Source: Trichoplax adhaerens
Taxonomy: Eukaryota; Animalia; Placozoa
Direction: 5' to 3'
DNA length: 64,000 bases
Assembly (NCBI RefSeq): GCF_000150275.1
Contig: NW_002060955.1
Location: forward strand, 350,886 to 414,885
Under the pieces are notes generated by a model. The model saw nothing but the letters and a program-made list of their open reading frames with translations, had not been told where the DNA came from and did not search any database. Below, in pieces: positions 50,591-64,000 of the stretch (positions are counted from its first letter, which is position 1; every line of letters starts with the position of its first letter). The position numbers were made by a program, and so were the translations under genes.

Positions 50591-51130
50591 TAAGACAAGC
50601 TTTTATTCGTAATTAATGAGATTATTTCTTGTACGTCCATCTAATCTACTTAGTAACTTAGTAGGACAGTCTTTTATTCGTGATAAATGAGATTATTTCT
50701 TGTATGTCCATCTAGTTTACTTAATAAGACAAGCTTTTATTCGTGATTAATGGGATTATTTCTTGTATATCCACCTAGTCTACTCTGTAAGACAAACTTT
50801 TATTCGTGATTAGTCCGATTATTTCTTGTATGTCCATCTAGTTTACTCAGTAAGACAAGCTTTCATTCGGGAGATTGTTTTTTGCATGATCTATTTTCTC
50901 CATCTTTTCAACTAATCCTCTCCATAAGACAAGCTTTTATTCGTAATCAATGAGATTATTTCTTGCATCATCCATTTTTCCTGTCTTTTCAACTAATCCA
51001 CTCAGCAAGACAAGCTTTTCTTCATAATTTATGAGATTATTTCATGTATCATTATTTTTCTCCACCTTTTCAATTTTCCACTCTGTAAGACAAGTTTTTC
51101 TTCATGATGAATGAGATTATTTCTTGTATC
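50591..51130. repeat. Minisatellite of 8 units (63-bp core, 71-81-bp variants) upstream of the CNBD gene
   Basis: taagacaagcttttattcgtgattaatgagattatttcttgta starts at ~50591, 50662, 50725, 50788, 50851, 50925, 51006 and 51086. Confidence 0.9.
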
Positions 51131-51630
51131 ATCAGTACAATTTAGTGATGATGTTGTGTATTTAGTTGTTTTAGCTATTTTACTCTTAATTTATTAATCT
51201 CTTTATTCCATTGAATGTATATTGATTTCATTTTATCCTTATCCACATTTTGAATATTATTCTACGCTATTCTTATTCTTTAGTCATCATCAATAGTAGA
51301 TTATTGATGAGTTCCGTCGTTATTTTAAGACTATAGTGTTAGTTGACATCCAAATCTAAATTGTATAATGCATCAAATTCTTAATTGATGGTTGTTTAAA
51401 TGGGAATTAAAATTACTACACTAGTGCCTTACTCGATGAAAGAAGAGTTATTGAAAGATTTTCAAAAGGAGTCAAAAAAGATATTGAAATAGTGTAAGTA
51501 AGATTTTATACAATTGTGAGGTGATATCTTAAATTTGGATTTTGAATTGATATCGATCCCATTAGTGATTGACTGGATTGATGGTGAACGAATGATATTA
51601 GTGAGAATGAAAGATTAAAAGTTATTCCTA

Positions 51631-54600
51631 ATGAATTCAAGACCTTTACTATCGCCATTAAGTCGATCACCTAATCCATCTTCCAATCGGAAAAGTCCTC
51701 GCCTCGATAAAAATCATCATTCTGGCTTACGCCGATCATTAAGGCCACTTTATAACCCTACTTCCGATATCGATAGTGCTGAAGTTCATCATCATCTTCA
51801 TCATCTTGATTGGTATCGCAATCAAGAATTATCCACGCCAACAATCATACGAGGCTCTTTCTCCAGTTCACATCGAGGTAGTGTTAGATCGATAGCGGAT
51901 GACTGTAGTACCGATGGAGAAGAGAAAAAGAAATTAATCAAGCCTTTGCGATCCATTAGCAAACACCATCGTACAAGAAGTGGCACATTACCTTCCAATC
52001 CAAAGCGTTTTACGGTATATTATATTCATTGTACATGTCGACTTGTTTTATAATAGATCAGTATTGCAAACAATTTCATCTTGGGCAATTTTTAAATTAG
52101 GGAAGGAATGGTGTATAGTAGTACAAATTTCCACCAGTCTGACATATTCAGTTGATCTTGTTTTGAAATAGTTTGCACAGATAGTTTATGACGCAGAATA
52201 GGGAGATTTCAATTTGCATAACGTTCAAGCTAAAATCGTTGTCCTATTTGAAATGTGGTAGAATGAGTTATTCCATAGCAAGGAGTAGGACTCTAGTAAA
52301 CCATAAAGGACAAACATCAATATTCCGTAGTCTATCGACAGAAAAAAAATAGTACAGAAACTTAACATAGAGAGATTTTGAGACTACTAAGAAAATCAGC
52401 GTAAGAATCAGATGGGATAATAGAACGATATTGAAAGAACGTCTATGATCAAGATGGCAAGATCGATTAGAAGAAATTGATTAAAGAAATACACACAACG
52501 GCGCTAAAAAATGGCTATGATATGAAAAAGAAAAAGTTCGAGATCAGACAGGAATGATTTTCTAATTCAGTTCGAAAGGATTCTAGCAGCTAGAATGGTA
52601 TTGACGGATGCTTCAAAGTAGCACATTCGATCCAATATATAGAAAAATTGGATAGATGACTGCTTTTCTGCTTTTTTCATAATATAATATTATTGTTGGT
52701 TTTGAGATTCCTGTAGATCCAACTTGCTCACTACGAATCCATTCAAGGATTCTGTAGCCAACAGGAATGCCGACTACATTTCTCTAGTAGGGTAGAAACT
52801 TTAAATAGCTACGGTAAAATAGCATTTGCCACCTTCTATAAAGGTGTGAACCATGTAAGAATACTTTATTCAACAAATAAATGGCTAAAAAAAGCTTCAG
52901 AAAATCGAAAATGCCATCGACCGTATTCGATAAACTACTTATGCAAGCTGAGAATCATGAGCATGGCGAATATGAATTCGTCTATGTCAACATGCAATTA
53001 TTTTTTCAATAAACACCGTCGCTATGGAAAGAATAAGAATTGATTTTTTAAATCATTTTATCTTCTACAAAGAGGTTTGATATTTTTTCCAGGAAATTTG
53101 GGCGATAAAAAACAGTATCTAAACTATATCAGAAATAGTATTGCTAGGCACTCGCCAAAACTAATATTACCTTGTCAGAAATCTGTTGAGCACAGCTACG
53201 AATTTGTTTATTTTAATACTGTGAAGAAATTGTCGATGCAAGGTGTTCTACTTTGGCAAAATAAAACTACTCCTGATCAATATCATGTATCGATACTTCT
53301 ACATATCCTGAAAGAAGAAATGGCCATGATTAATTTAATATTGTCCAATACTACTTCAATTCAGTCTTTTATAGAGGAGCTTGAACTTAAATAATCATAA
53401 AATAACTTTTTTTATTGTGGCTGGCATTTGGCTTTCAAATAATCATGACGTCAATAATTATTTCTCGGCTTATAATTAGTAATTTCATGGTTTAATATTT
53501 ATTCCATTTTAATCATTTTTAATTTGCTGTATCACTAAAGGAAAAAATTTTTTTCATTTTTTGTCGGAAATGATATCAAGACGGAATACTAAATGGATTA
53601 TTGTTGTTGTTAGGCTAAGAAAAGATTTCGCAAAGCAACCAGATTTGTGTTAATGGTAATCAAAATTAAATATGCAGCGATTCAAACCAATAAGTAAGTT
53701 ATGTAGAGAAGATTATTTTACTTCAGCAAAGATCTTTTGCCGTTTATTACACTATTTTCCGGCTATTCCATTATCATTCTCAACGTCTGGTACATTTCTA
53801 TGCAATATTAGTCCTTTGAATTTTAGATCAATATTGGATTTTAGGCTTTAAATCAGATTGAAAAGAAATTATTAGAATAATATCAATCATCTATACTAAA
53901 ATTATTCTCTTAAGAAGATATTAATTAGTAGAGATTTTAAGCCAACATCGACCTTTAAGATTAGTCAGTATTATCTTGGCTGCGCTAAAACCAACAGAGT
54001 TATAAGAGTTGATAATTTAATTTCTCTCTTCATTAATTTATTTTCTCTTCTAAGCCAATCTTTAGTGCTAATATCGCATGACATCTCCATAGCTGAGATC
54101 TTTTCAAGTGCTCTTCCATTGAGGTGGTAGTATTCTGTGGTTTAATGATGCTAATACGAAGGCAATATTCTAACTTTATAAATTTCTATCCGTCCTTTAG
54201 TCGTATTTTCTTAGCAGTAGTTTAACAACTTAATCTAGCAGTATCCTTTCTCCTCTGTTTGATGGTCGTAATTTCTCCCTATCTTATTATTCATGATTTA
54301 GTTTTTGAATTGACTAATTTACGTTGTTAAAATGTTCTAAATCGCTTACCATTATTAATTATTTATTTGAGATCATTAGTCGAAATGATAACTGTTTTTG
54401 CCGATATTTCCTTCATGAAAAATTAAAATTAGCTCTATGCCACTTGAAATTATTATTGATTTGAAATAATATTAGTTTTTTGTAGACTTTGCCTTCATTC
54501 AAATTTCAATTAGCTCTTTGGTATAAATGATATGACAAGAATAATTTACATTTTGACTTCGAGTAGAAGTGCAATAGATAGCAAACTGAATCACGTTGGT

Positions 54601-57600
54601 GCTTGTAGTCAAAGTTTCCTTATAAAATCAGTTATCACTTTGATTAATGACCCTTATACAGCTTTCCGATGTTGAAATCCCTTCGAATTTTACTTAAAGG
54701 ATATTAGTTATTCACAGGCTTTTCCTTTATCCAAAATGGAATTAATTCTAAAGTGTCAATCATATTATAAGAATAATTCATCGTTTTACTTCGCCTTAGA
54801 TACAGTGCAGATTCTGATGAATTACCAATGGAGAATCAATTGGTCAAGAAACCAGTCAAAGAATTAATTCGCACGCCAGGCTATTTCGTTTCTACTGGTA
54901 GCAGTTCCAAGCGAATGCCTACATTTGTATCGACAAATCGCCAAGTAACATTTGACTTTAAGCAATACAAGGCGAAGAGAGAGGTTATACAATTCCATTT
55001 CAACATTTTTTTCCTTAACGACTAATATCTCCAATCATGAAGCATAACATGCGCTAAAGTAGCGCCAAAATAGGATCATTTCTAACTTTCAAAGTTCATG
55101 ACTAATCTTTCCTATTTTATTTATTGGATTATAGATGGTGCTTAATAAAGAAGTCAAATTGGCCTTAAGTCAGTCACCACAGAATAGAGGCAAAGAACAA
55201 CTGCAAATGGTCAGTATTTTTTCCGCCATATTAATCTTTCCCTTAGCCAATTGCCGCTTAACATTATATTAGTCTTGATTTCGCGGATAAAATACAATAA
55301 TGATTAAGTTAATTGCGAAGTCACTTGATTTCTAGTTCTATTATAACCCGCCATTTTATGGGATAAGTATAGCGTTCTAGAGAGCAAATGAATTAATTCG
55401 TTACCTATATGGTCCATTCCGATTAGTTTTTCATTTTATGGAATAAAAAAAATCACTTTTTTATTGTCGGGATTTGGAATAGATTTTATTTGCGCTTCAA
55501 ACATTGGAATGTTTTTCCGAATATCCTCTTGATGTCCAACGAGAAATATGCCGTGTTGGCTGGCTATTAGAGTAAGTGAAAGAGTTTAATTTTATTTCAT
55601 AGCTTTTACTGCACTTACATCAGTTAAGATGCTTCTCAAGTATCTAATGATGAATGATGAAACTGAAAGCGAAAGTCTTGAGGTGAAAACTGAGCAGTTT
55701 TTACTTTGCCAAATGAGACCTTGCGAAAAATTTATTTCCAAACTTTCCCACATCACTGCAGTCTATTAGATATAGGTATTAATGTTCATATTGGAATACT
55801 ACTCTACTCCAACTTGAGAAATGTCATTAATGACCGTCTGCAATTTACCTGTAAGGAAACAGCGAGAAAGAATTAAGGCATTATAAATGCTAAATTTTTA
55901 TATTAAATTAGCGGGATGATCAATTATTCAATTTCTGCCGCCTCAGATCAGATCTTGAGAACGAGATTACGGTTAATAAAATCTTACTTGAGCGTAGGAA
56001 ATTTATTATTGATTTCGTGCTAAAGTATATCTCCAGTTTTTAATCTACAATCATAGCCTAATTTCGAGGTAGAACTAAGCCATAGCCTACCAGAGAACCA
56101 TGAATCAAGCTATTTTAATGAATCCGATCGATAGTAAAGTTTGGATAATAACTAGCTATCAAACTAACCATATATGTAGAGTCGTAATCGTAAATCTGTA
56201 TCATAGACTAAATGTTGAAAATAAGACCATCAATTACTGAAAATCGATCGAATTATGATATGAAACTTGAGTAATCATTATTCGTGCAGTGTCACAGTTT
56301 AGCTAATAAGTGCTACCCGTAGATGGAGATTAATATCGCTCATATCAAATTGATTTTGTTATGGGAGTCTTCTTAGCTAAAGATCTAGCGAGATGGAATG
56401 AGTCAAGAATTTGATTTTCCATGTGAAATGTAAAATATTCAGATAATTCCTTATACAATTGACTTAATTTTAATAGAAATAGAAATTGAGTTAGAATACA
56501 CATAAATCAAGCATTGCTCGAAAAGCAAGTTATTTTAAATTAATTGCTAACCAAATTCCAATGGGCATTATAGAGTTTTACCGGAGCAAACACTCATCCG
56601 TCAAGGATATCCAGCGAGCTATTTTTATATCATCATTTCAGGAATGGGTTTGTATCATCATCTTATTCGAATTAATTTATAGTAGCCTAAGTAAGCAACC
56701 TATCTTGCTTTTGAAAATTTGAACAGTATAGTTATACCGGTATATCATAAGCTTTTCAGTTTAGCTAGCGATGTTAATAAATTGTTGCTACATCTCAAAA
56801 TTTCGCAGTTACATTTAGTTCTATACTTGCTTTGATAATAATAGATATTTCTTGTAAAGTGGATAGCATTTAATTGCTATTTAATTCGCTATACTGCAAT
56901 ATAGATCGATGAGGTTCAGTATCACTAACTTTCAGTAGATACGTAAGAATTAAGTATAACAGTAAGATGGTACATCATTGCATAAATCCATAAATTTGAT
57001 AGACTTTTCTGCTGCAATGATTTAGCTAAAGTCACGCAATACAAGCCTAATGCCCTATTTCAGGGAGGAGGATTATCAGCTGATATTGCAACTTTATCGC
57101 GAGGGCAAACTTTTGGGGTAAGGTCTGATTTATTGGAATTTTGTTCACTTTATCATTGCAACCATATATTTAAGCACCAAGAATTTGGCTGTCTACTTTT
57201 GCTATAGACTATTTTCCTACGAATTAATCGCATACAGTTATAGTGTACATCAGTCGATAAATTACATTCATTATCCAATACTATCTTGAATAGTTTATTT
57301 TAAAAATTTTATTTCAAATTTCATTGATGGGTTAGGAAACTGCTTTATTATATCGAAGAAAGCGAGAATATACAATTACATGCGTAGAAAAAATGCAGCT
57401 AATTGCAATTGATGGCGATGTAAGAGATAATTGATACGTGCTCTACTAAACTGATAGAGAAAATAGAATTCGACTTGATTAGATTTTAGTGCACATTATT
57501 ATACGAACCCCTAATAATAAGTGTCACAGTATCATTAGTAGTGCAGGTTAAATTACTCTACTTATTAAAAAATGATAATCCTTAAAAATTAACGGCATAG

Positions 57601-60600
57601 AAGGGCTAGTAAGGCAAAAGCTATGCTATCCTTATATTTAACTATTGCAGTGTATTTATATAATATGCTATTATTTACTCGACAGGATTTTAACGCCATC
57701 TTTTTGCGAGAAAAGGAAGGCCAAGCTGCAGAATATATCCAAATTTGCTCGTAAGTCGTTAAGATATTAGTTATGTGGCTATAATTTTGTTTGGATAGAA
57801 GTCTATCATCGCTTGTAGGTGATTGCATTTACTATTGCAACGGGGCTATTAAAGTGTCCCTTACTAAATTACATTTTGTTAACTAAATTATACTTCTGCT
57901 ACTGTCAATACTCCGTTATTTATGTTGTACGATAGCTCATTCGGATGGCATTATACTTGATAAACCTTTATTCATTGATAGGAATTCGGCTTATTTTCCT
58001 TTGAGAATTTCTAATGTTAATGCTTCTTCTACTTTATAATTCACTTTTGATTTTCTATTCCTATACTATTTAAGTTGCTGTCATTGCCTCCATATAATAA
58101 CATGCCCTCAGTTAATAAGAAATAATACTAGACCATCTTTAGCTTTGCATATTTAAGTGATTGAAAGCTTTAACCTCAGCTTTAAAACTAATATTGCGCC
58201 TCGTAATTTCGTAATACTTGTAAGTAAGCATTAGTTTAAAATAGAACGGCTATATTATGACTTGAAAATGCGATTATACTCTGGCAATTCTTGCATCGAT
58301 CGCTGATTCAAACAGCTAATGGATAGTTTTAGATTTCTAAGTTAAGGATAGGTATTATTACAACTTTTAACATTCATGACATCATCTTTTACCAACCTAG
58401 TCAACTAGAATGTATGAAGAACTGGCCAATCGAAAAGTTAACATTGCATCCAGATAACTGCAAGCTTCATTACTTTAGGTATGGCTCTACTGTTGATGAT
58501 TAATTATTATAGAAACTGAACGGATTTTAATTTTGCAATTAAATTTTGAATAAACATGATCAGAAGAGGATGTGTGATCGTTGAGGATAGCAAGTTATCG
58601 GATTGGATCTATGTTATTCGTTCGGTAAGTTATGAAACATTTATTGTTTCTTTCCGTTAAATAATAGCATTGAAGTAGTGGTAACCATATAATATTATAT
58701 TTTGAAATAAATCAAAGTAATTTTAATGGAAAAATGGGTTGCGTAATACGTATTGGTAGTGTATTAAAATAATTAAATTACATATGCATAAATTAGCGTT
58801 ATAGTTACTTATTTATTGCATGTTTGATAATAAGTATTACAGCTGTATAAGCTTATCGCAGTTAATTTTCTTTCAAGAATTGGTAACGTTATCAGTTAAA
58901 ATAATCAATAAATTACGGTAAAGTAATATTATAATATGTTCGATCTACTTGGTGTGAAAATTTTTAGCTTAATAAGCATCCAAAATTTCATTATTTAGGG
59001 ATCTTGTAGTGTTGTCGTTAAGATGAAACCGACAAAACCATACTTTAACAAGAAAAAGACAAACAATAACCAACTGAATAATCTCGGAGAATGCTTGCTA
59101 CCAAGCCTGCTGCCATATTTAAAAAATAATAAAGGTAAAAATAACGCAGATAGCTTAAACATCAATTGGAAAATTTCAGCAGTGTATTTAAGGATATAAA
59201 ATTTTTATTTAAATTGTTAACATGAACGCACGGTGTGTCTATTTTCATCGGTTTTAACCAGTATTATGAAGCTACTACTTTCTGACCATTTTTTAATGGT
59301 TAATTTTCTTAATATATCTTACCGTACAATCATGGAGTTAATATTGTTTGCCATCTAAGCTATTATGATTTAGTTTCAGCTACAATTATCATCATCATAA
59401 AATTTAGCAGGCAAAATACCTAGGCAATTAAAAAATAAATAATTTAATGTCTAGTATCATTTATGTCATTTGCTATTATTATTTGAACATATCAATCTGG
59501 CAATAATTAAAATGTGGACATGAAAACCACCTCAAACATTATTTTAAATTTCCAAATTGAGTCATACCACTACTCATTTAGTAATCCCGTCGGATAGTAA
59601 TCGTAACGGTAAACTGCATGCTGCATAGTTTAAAGTATGCCTTACTGACTGTTCAAGTAATATCATATAACCCTAACCCTAATCTAAAACTCAATAAAAA
59701 CGTAGAATCACCAAAAGATGATGAAGACGAAGCCCTTTCGGAGAAAAATGCTAATTATCCTGCTGTTACGAAGATATCATCGTTACAAGATAACCAAATT
59801 GATAAAACTGAAAAGGTCAGTATACAACTTTGGCTAGTCTATTAATTTAGGTAATTTCTTAAATATTAACATTTTGTTGCAGCCCAAATTGAGCAGAATG
59901 AAACCTTCTAGAACATTAAATGGTTAGTTTTTATGATATAAGTGTAAGGTGTCATTATAGTGATAGATCTATGCAATGAAAAGGTATAAAAACAGCTTAA
60001 AATATTACTAAGAAAAACGTTAATGACAGATATTAGCGTTGCCATCGGCAAGCCAGTCATTGGCACTGGAAACGATGATTCGGAAAATAACCAGGCCGTT
60101 CATCATGCTTCATTACATGGAAGCTTTTATCATACTCAAATTAAAGGCGATTCTTTTGATAATGGTATTGTAAGACAAACTAGTGTAGAGCATACGGCTA
60201 AAAATGAAGGCAATAATACACGAAAATTGAATCGAAGGCGTGCCTTGAGCTTGAAGGTAATGCGATCAGTAAAACGTATTCTAATCGTAAGTAATACTAA
60301 TAATGAATATTCACAATTAATCTATTTACACATTCTTTTCTGTGTTATATTAGGCTATAAAAACCTGCCCTGAGGTAGATGAAATAGAAAGCGAACGAAA
60401 TTTTATCAACAGTCAAATTAATAACAACGAACGCCATATTGTCGTTCAAATTGAGCTGCTAAAGCCTAAGGATTGCTTTGTGAGTTGACTTTACTGCGCA
60501 TTCTTTTATTGAATTCCGAGTTGCATAAAGTTTTTATGAGCTTGGCTTTATGTATCAGTTCAATTTTAATCATATACTTCATTTTCATTAATATATAGAG

Positions 60601-61141
60601 AAGTTGTAGTACTGTAACAATCTTTCACCAAATCGTTGCTTTTGTTAGCTCTTAGTATTAATCGATTAATCAGACATGGAATGTTGCGTTGACTGTTAGG
60701 GATTATCTACTCTGGAGGTTGACAAGGGTGTAATAATTGATAGACCATCCTTATCGCTTGTTAGTAATGGTTCCGAATGTATTATGATATCGAAAGAATT
60801 CTACCTGCGTTATGCCAATGACGACGTTAAAAGCTATTTAAGAAGTCAAGTGAGTAAATTAAATATTTCTAAAATTTTTATCTTCTTACAGCTATTTGCG
60901 AACTTTTCATGCAGCCATTTCGAAATATTTTGCTATTTATACAGTAGACTACATATATACAATACGATAAATATTTATGGAGTGCAGTTCATTCTAATGT
61001 CTAAATTCTTTAAAATAGATCGAGTCATATCCGAGTGAGGACAGCCTCCAGCAGATGTGGCAAGATGCAACAAACTGGAAAGCTTATAAGAACAAAATGC
61101 TGGAAATTTCCAGATGCCACCAATATAAGCGATTATATTAA
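51631..61141 (+). CDS. Cyclic nucleotide-binding domain protein, CNBD2/CRIS-like family (~19 exons)
   Basis: The in-frame exon chain encodes FSEYPLDVQREICRVGW, TLIRQGYPASYFYIIISG, TLSRGQTFGETALLYRRKREYTITC, WPIEKL, YFRRGCVIVEDSKLSDWIYVIRSGSC, LLKPKDCFGL, SLSLVSNGSECIMISKEFY and YPSEDSLQQMWQDATNWKAYK. Stop TAA at 61139-61141. The start exon (51631-52014) is less certain. Confidence 0.8.
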
Positions 61142-61407
61142 TATAATAAGTTATTTCTCATTTATGCTGTACTCTATCACATTGTATTATATGTATAAAA
61201 TGAACCACAGCTGAACCAAGACAGATATAAAAGTGTGTTGATTAATCATTTCTCAATATATTTTACAGCAACTAAATTATTGAAACTCGCTTAAGTCAAT
61301 CATTAGATTTGATAGTCTAACAGTCTTCTCCCGTGTTGTAATTATTTATTTCTCTTTGACTTTATTTTACAAGTAAATAAAAATTGGCTTTTACAGATAC
61401 AACATTA

Positions 61408-63906
61408 TCAGCTAGCTTCTGTTCTTACATTCTCCTTTATATCAAATATTCCGGCGAGCTAAAATAGATAATATATATCAAACAAATTTTATTTCATCGC
61501 GTTCCAATTCATGGAATATTTTAAATCTGTAAATTATTCGCTGGAATGCATTACTACATATTGTCACTACCTTGGCCTTATGTGTTTTCCCTATGGCTAA
61601 TTTAGGAAGTCCACGATTTAGACTTTCCAACATAACACAGGCTTTACATATGCTTTGACTAGAAATATAGCCGCATTTTGAGCAAGTTCCTAAGATAAGA
61701 AATATCATTTATAACGGTCAGGGTTGCAAAAATGTCACATTTAACACAACGGCTTTAACTTCTAATATGCGTACCTTGTTCTGGCATTTTAACTTCCTTT
61801 TTAATGGACATTCTTTCTCCAGAGTGAATTATATCTAATATACAAGATGAATGATTCGCTTACCAAAAATATAAATTTCAGTTCATATATAATTAATGCT
61901 CAGAAAAACATTCTAGTAAACAGACCAACAATCGAAGATGGACGAATAGATTCCAAGTCTTTCAAATAAGCCCTAGCGTAGCCTCTAGAAATCAAGAAAA
62001 ACTTCATAGTTAATAAATTTTGAAAAGCCTTCAGACTTGGATAACCGTCAATTTATTTCATAGTTGTGCCTACCCTACCTATAAGCATTTGGTGAATAAA
62101 CACATTCGGTGGAAAAATAGTCTAATTTTTTAAAATATGCATACCTAGATGGAAAATTTTTTAAATATACAGTACACTTAAGGTTTTGAAATCAATAGCT
62201 ATTGATTCACCTGTAGATTTTCAATACTACAGTAGTTATCGTTGTTATTGTCGTAGCAGTTAAATATATGTCAAGTAATCTCACTGAACTCACATAACGA
62301 TTTCCTTTTCGTAAGTATATTTAAAAGGTTTGCATCTGGGAAGTGCTCCTTCAGTCCCCTATTACCATACAATATATTAAATTCTATTTCTAATTTTCAC
62401 CATAAACGGTGTGACATATCAGAGACAACATTAGCAAGTATTTGCAAAAAATTTAGACCAATCAAGTTCGTCTTTCAACCCGTAGCAATCAAGTGTAATT
62501 ATGAAATTACTACTTACTGTCATGATCGCTGTACATCTTCGAAGTCTTGCAATATCGCCTCTCAAAACTATATAGATGTCATAAAATGTTAAATCCATTA
62601 TTATTAGAGTAAATGTTGGAGTTTAGCATAATCGTGATTAGCCATGCTCCTAAATATGCAATGATTATAGTCATCTAAACTTCCGAATACTATCATGGTG
62701 TGCAGATATACAAAGCTAGTAAAAGTGACGGTACTACATTAAGCATAGATAAAACAAGGTAGTAGTCCAAGTTTATTTTAGGTTAGCGGTAAAGTAAAAC
62801 TTGTCATACCATTCATTAATACGGTTTCAGCAACATCGTCGGCGTTATGACCTATCAAATCAGTTTTAGCTCATTTTAGTGGTTATTAAGTAATGGACTA
62901 TCATACTAAGGTGAAATATTAGCATACCTGTGACGATTTTATCTGCTTTTACAAGCATGGCACCCCGATCAAGAGCTTGCCTACGAAAAACACCACAGAA
63001 AGTACAGTTGTTTTTCATGCCAATTTTCTGTACAATTGCATCCATGGTCCATCCATAAAGCTCCTAGATTTTTGAAACAGAGAATGAATAATTGATTAAA
63101 CTATTGTAACTAAGTAAATGAATACTAATGTAGCGAGATTTGCCTTGCTGAAGATAGCATCGAATGTGTCATATTAGAAATCATAATCTATTACCTCATA
63201 AGATACAATTTTCAAGGGTAACTGATATTGCTGCTGATTGCGTTTGACTGTCTATCGTCATAAAATATATAAAAGCAGAAATTTACTCGTCCCAGCCTAC
63301 TATACAGTAGAGATTTCTTTGACCTACTGGGTATATCAGGATGTACATAAAGAGTAGTAAAAGGATAATGTTGCTTTCAAGATAGTTACCTCAAGCGAAT
63401 CATCTCTATATCCAGTGATACCCTCATCCACCGAGAGTAAAACTAAATTGATTCCATAATTGTGTCTTTCATTTAGTAACTTTAGAACGTAGGCCAACAC
63501 AGTAGAATCTATCGCATAAAATCAAGCAAAGTATTGATGTATGAATTTAAAAATCGTGATCTTCGCCAACTAAAAGGATTCTAAATCCAAACTTTTCTAT
63601 CCTTTCCTTAATTAACCTTTTCCTCCAGAAGCTCCAACAGCAACAGACTCCCCAGGCTGAAATAATTTATTATTGACTATAGTACGATGGATTTCGTCTT
63701 CAAACGCCTGATAGAAACATTCTAAGCATAATTTTTCAGCCTACCATTATAAACGATCGCAAATGCGTTAGTTCTCCAATCTCTTTAATCAAGATTGGTT
63801 GTAAAACAGCTAGATTTTATATACATTCTTCACTTCCAATTCTTACCGTTTTGGGCCTTTTTAATTTTGCTCTTCGATTGCAATCGTTAGTACAAGTCAC
63901 AGGCAT
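61408..63906 (-). CDS. CTU1: Cytoplasmic tRNA 2-thiolation protein 1 (Ncs6/ATPBD3), ~13 exons
   Basis: Starts [20 protein letters not shown]. Conserved blocks: [20 protein letters not shown] (PP-loop), [77 protein letters not shown] and [16 protein letters not shown]. The terminal exon is 61458-61408, or the frame reads through to a stop at 61478. Confidence 0.96.
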
Positions 63907-64000
63907 GATCGATGCTAGCCGATTATATAATTCAATTTAACCAGATTAAACACGGTTAATCTCTTTCTTTTACGATTCTCCAATGAACTAACTCCTAAGA

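Noticed and set aside
54241-54249. Perfect U12 donor motif GTATCCTTT inside a CNBD intron
   Set aside because: No in-frame exon ends there and the downstream acceptor (54799) has no U12 branch motif. It is probably a chance match.
59668-59690. taaccctaaccctaatctaa, telomere-like repeat
   Set aside because: Only two perfect CCCTAA units, in an intron just upstream of an acceptor. It is too short to call an interstitial telomere.
2141-61038. Most short ORFs in the supplied track (for example 2141-2326, 3095-3355, 11463-11858, 23627-23830, 24533-24820, 47338-47601, 53077-53394)
   Set aside because: No recognisable domains. Many are antisense or alternative-frame shadows of real exons, or intron read-through, and several use non-ATG starts. 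This is expected noise in AT-rich eukaryotic DNA.

Overview
This is AT-rich eukaryotic genomic DNA from a compact animal genome with dense genes and many short GT-AG introns. The style suggests a placozoan such as Trichoplax, which is an inference. Ten protein-coding genes were reconstructed by eye across splice sites. In order they are: a type II membrane laminin-G protein (5' part only), ATOX1, PRPSAP1/2, a compact ARAP-like PH/ArfGAP/RhoGAP gene, ZMAT2, FAM114A, NUP58, CCDC22, a CNBD2/CRIS-like cyclic-nucleotide-binding protein and CTU1. Two pairs sit head to head (ZMAT2/FAM114A and NUP58/CCDC22). No tRNA, rRNA, CRISPR array or intact transposon was recognised. Non-coding space is full of local tandem duplications of different ages. 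The most notable observations are: a candidate U12-type (minor) intron in ZMAT2; a short 5' intron in PRPSAP that could switch an overlapping uORF into a presequence-like N-terminal extension; tandem arrays that copy 5' splice junctions in ATOX1, ARAP and NUP58; an unusual type II LamG protein; and a gene set matching the human 4/5/13/X (ParaHox) paralogon. Exon coordinates were read manually and may be off by a few bases.
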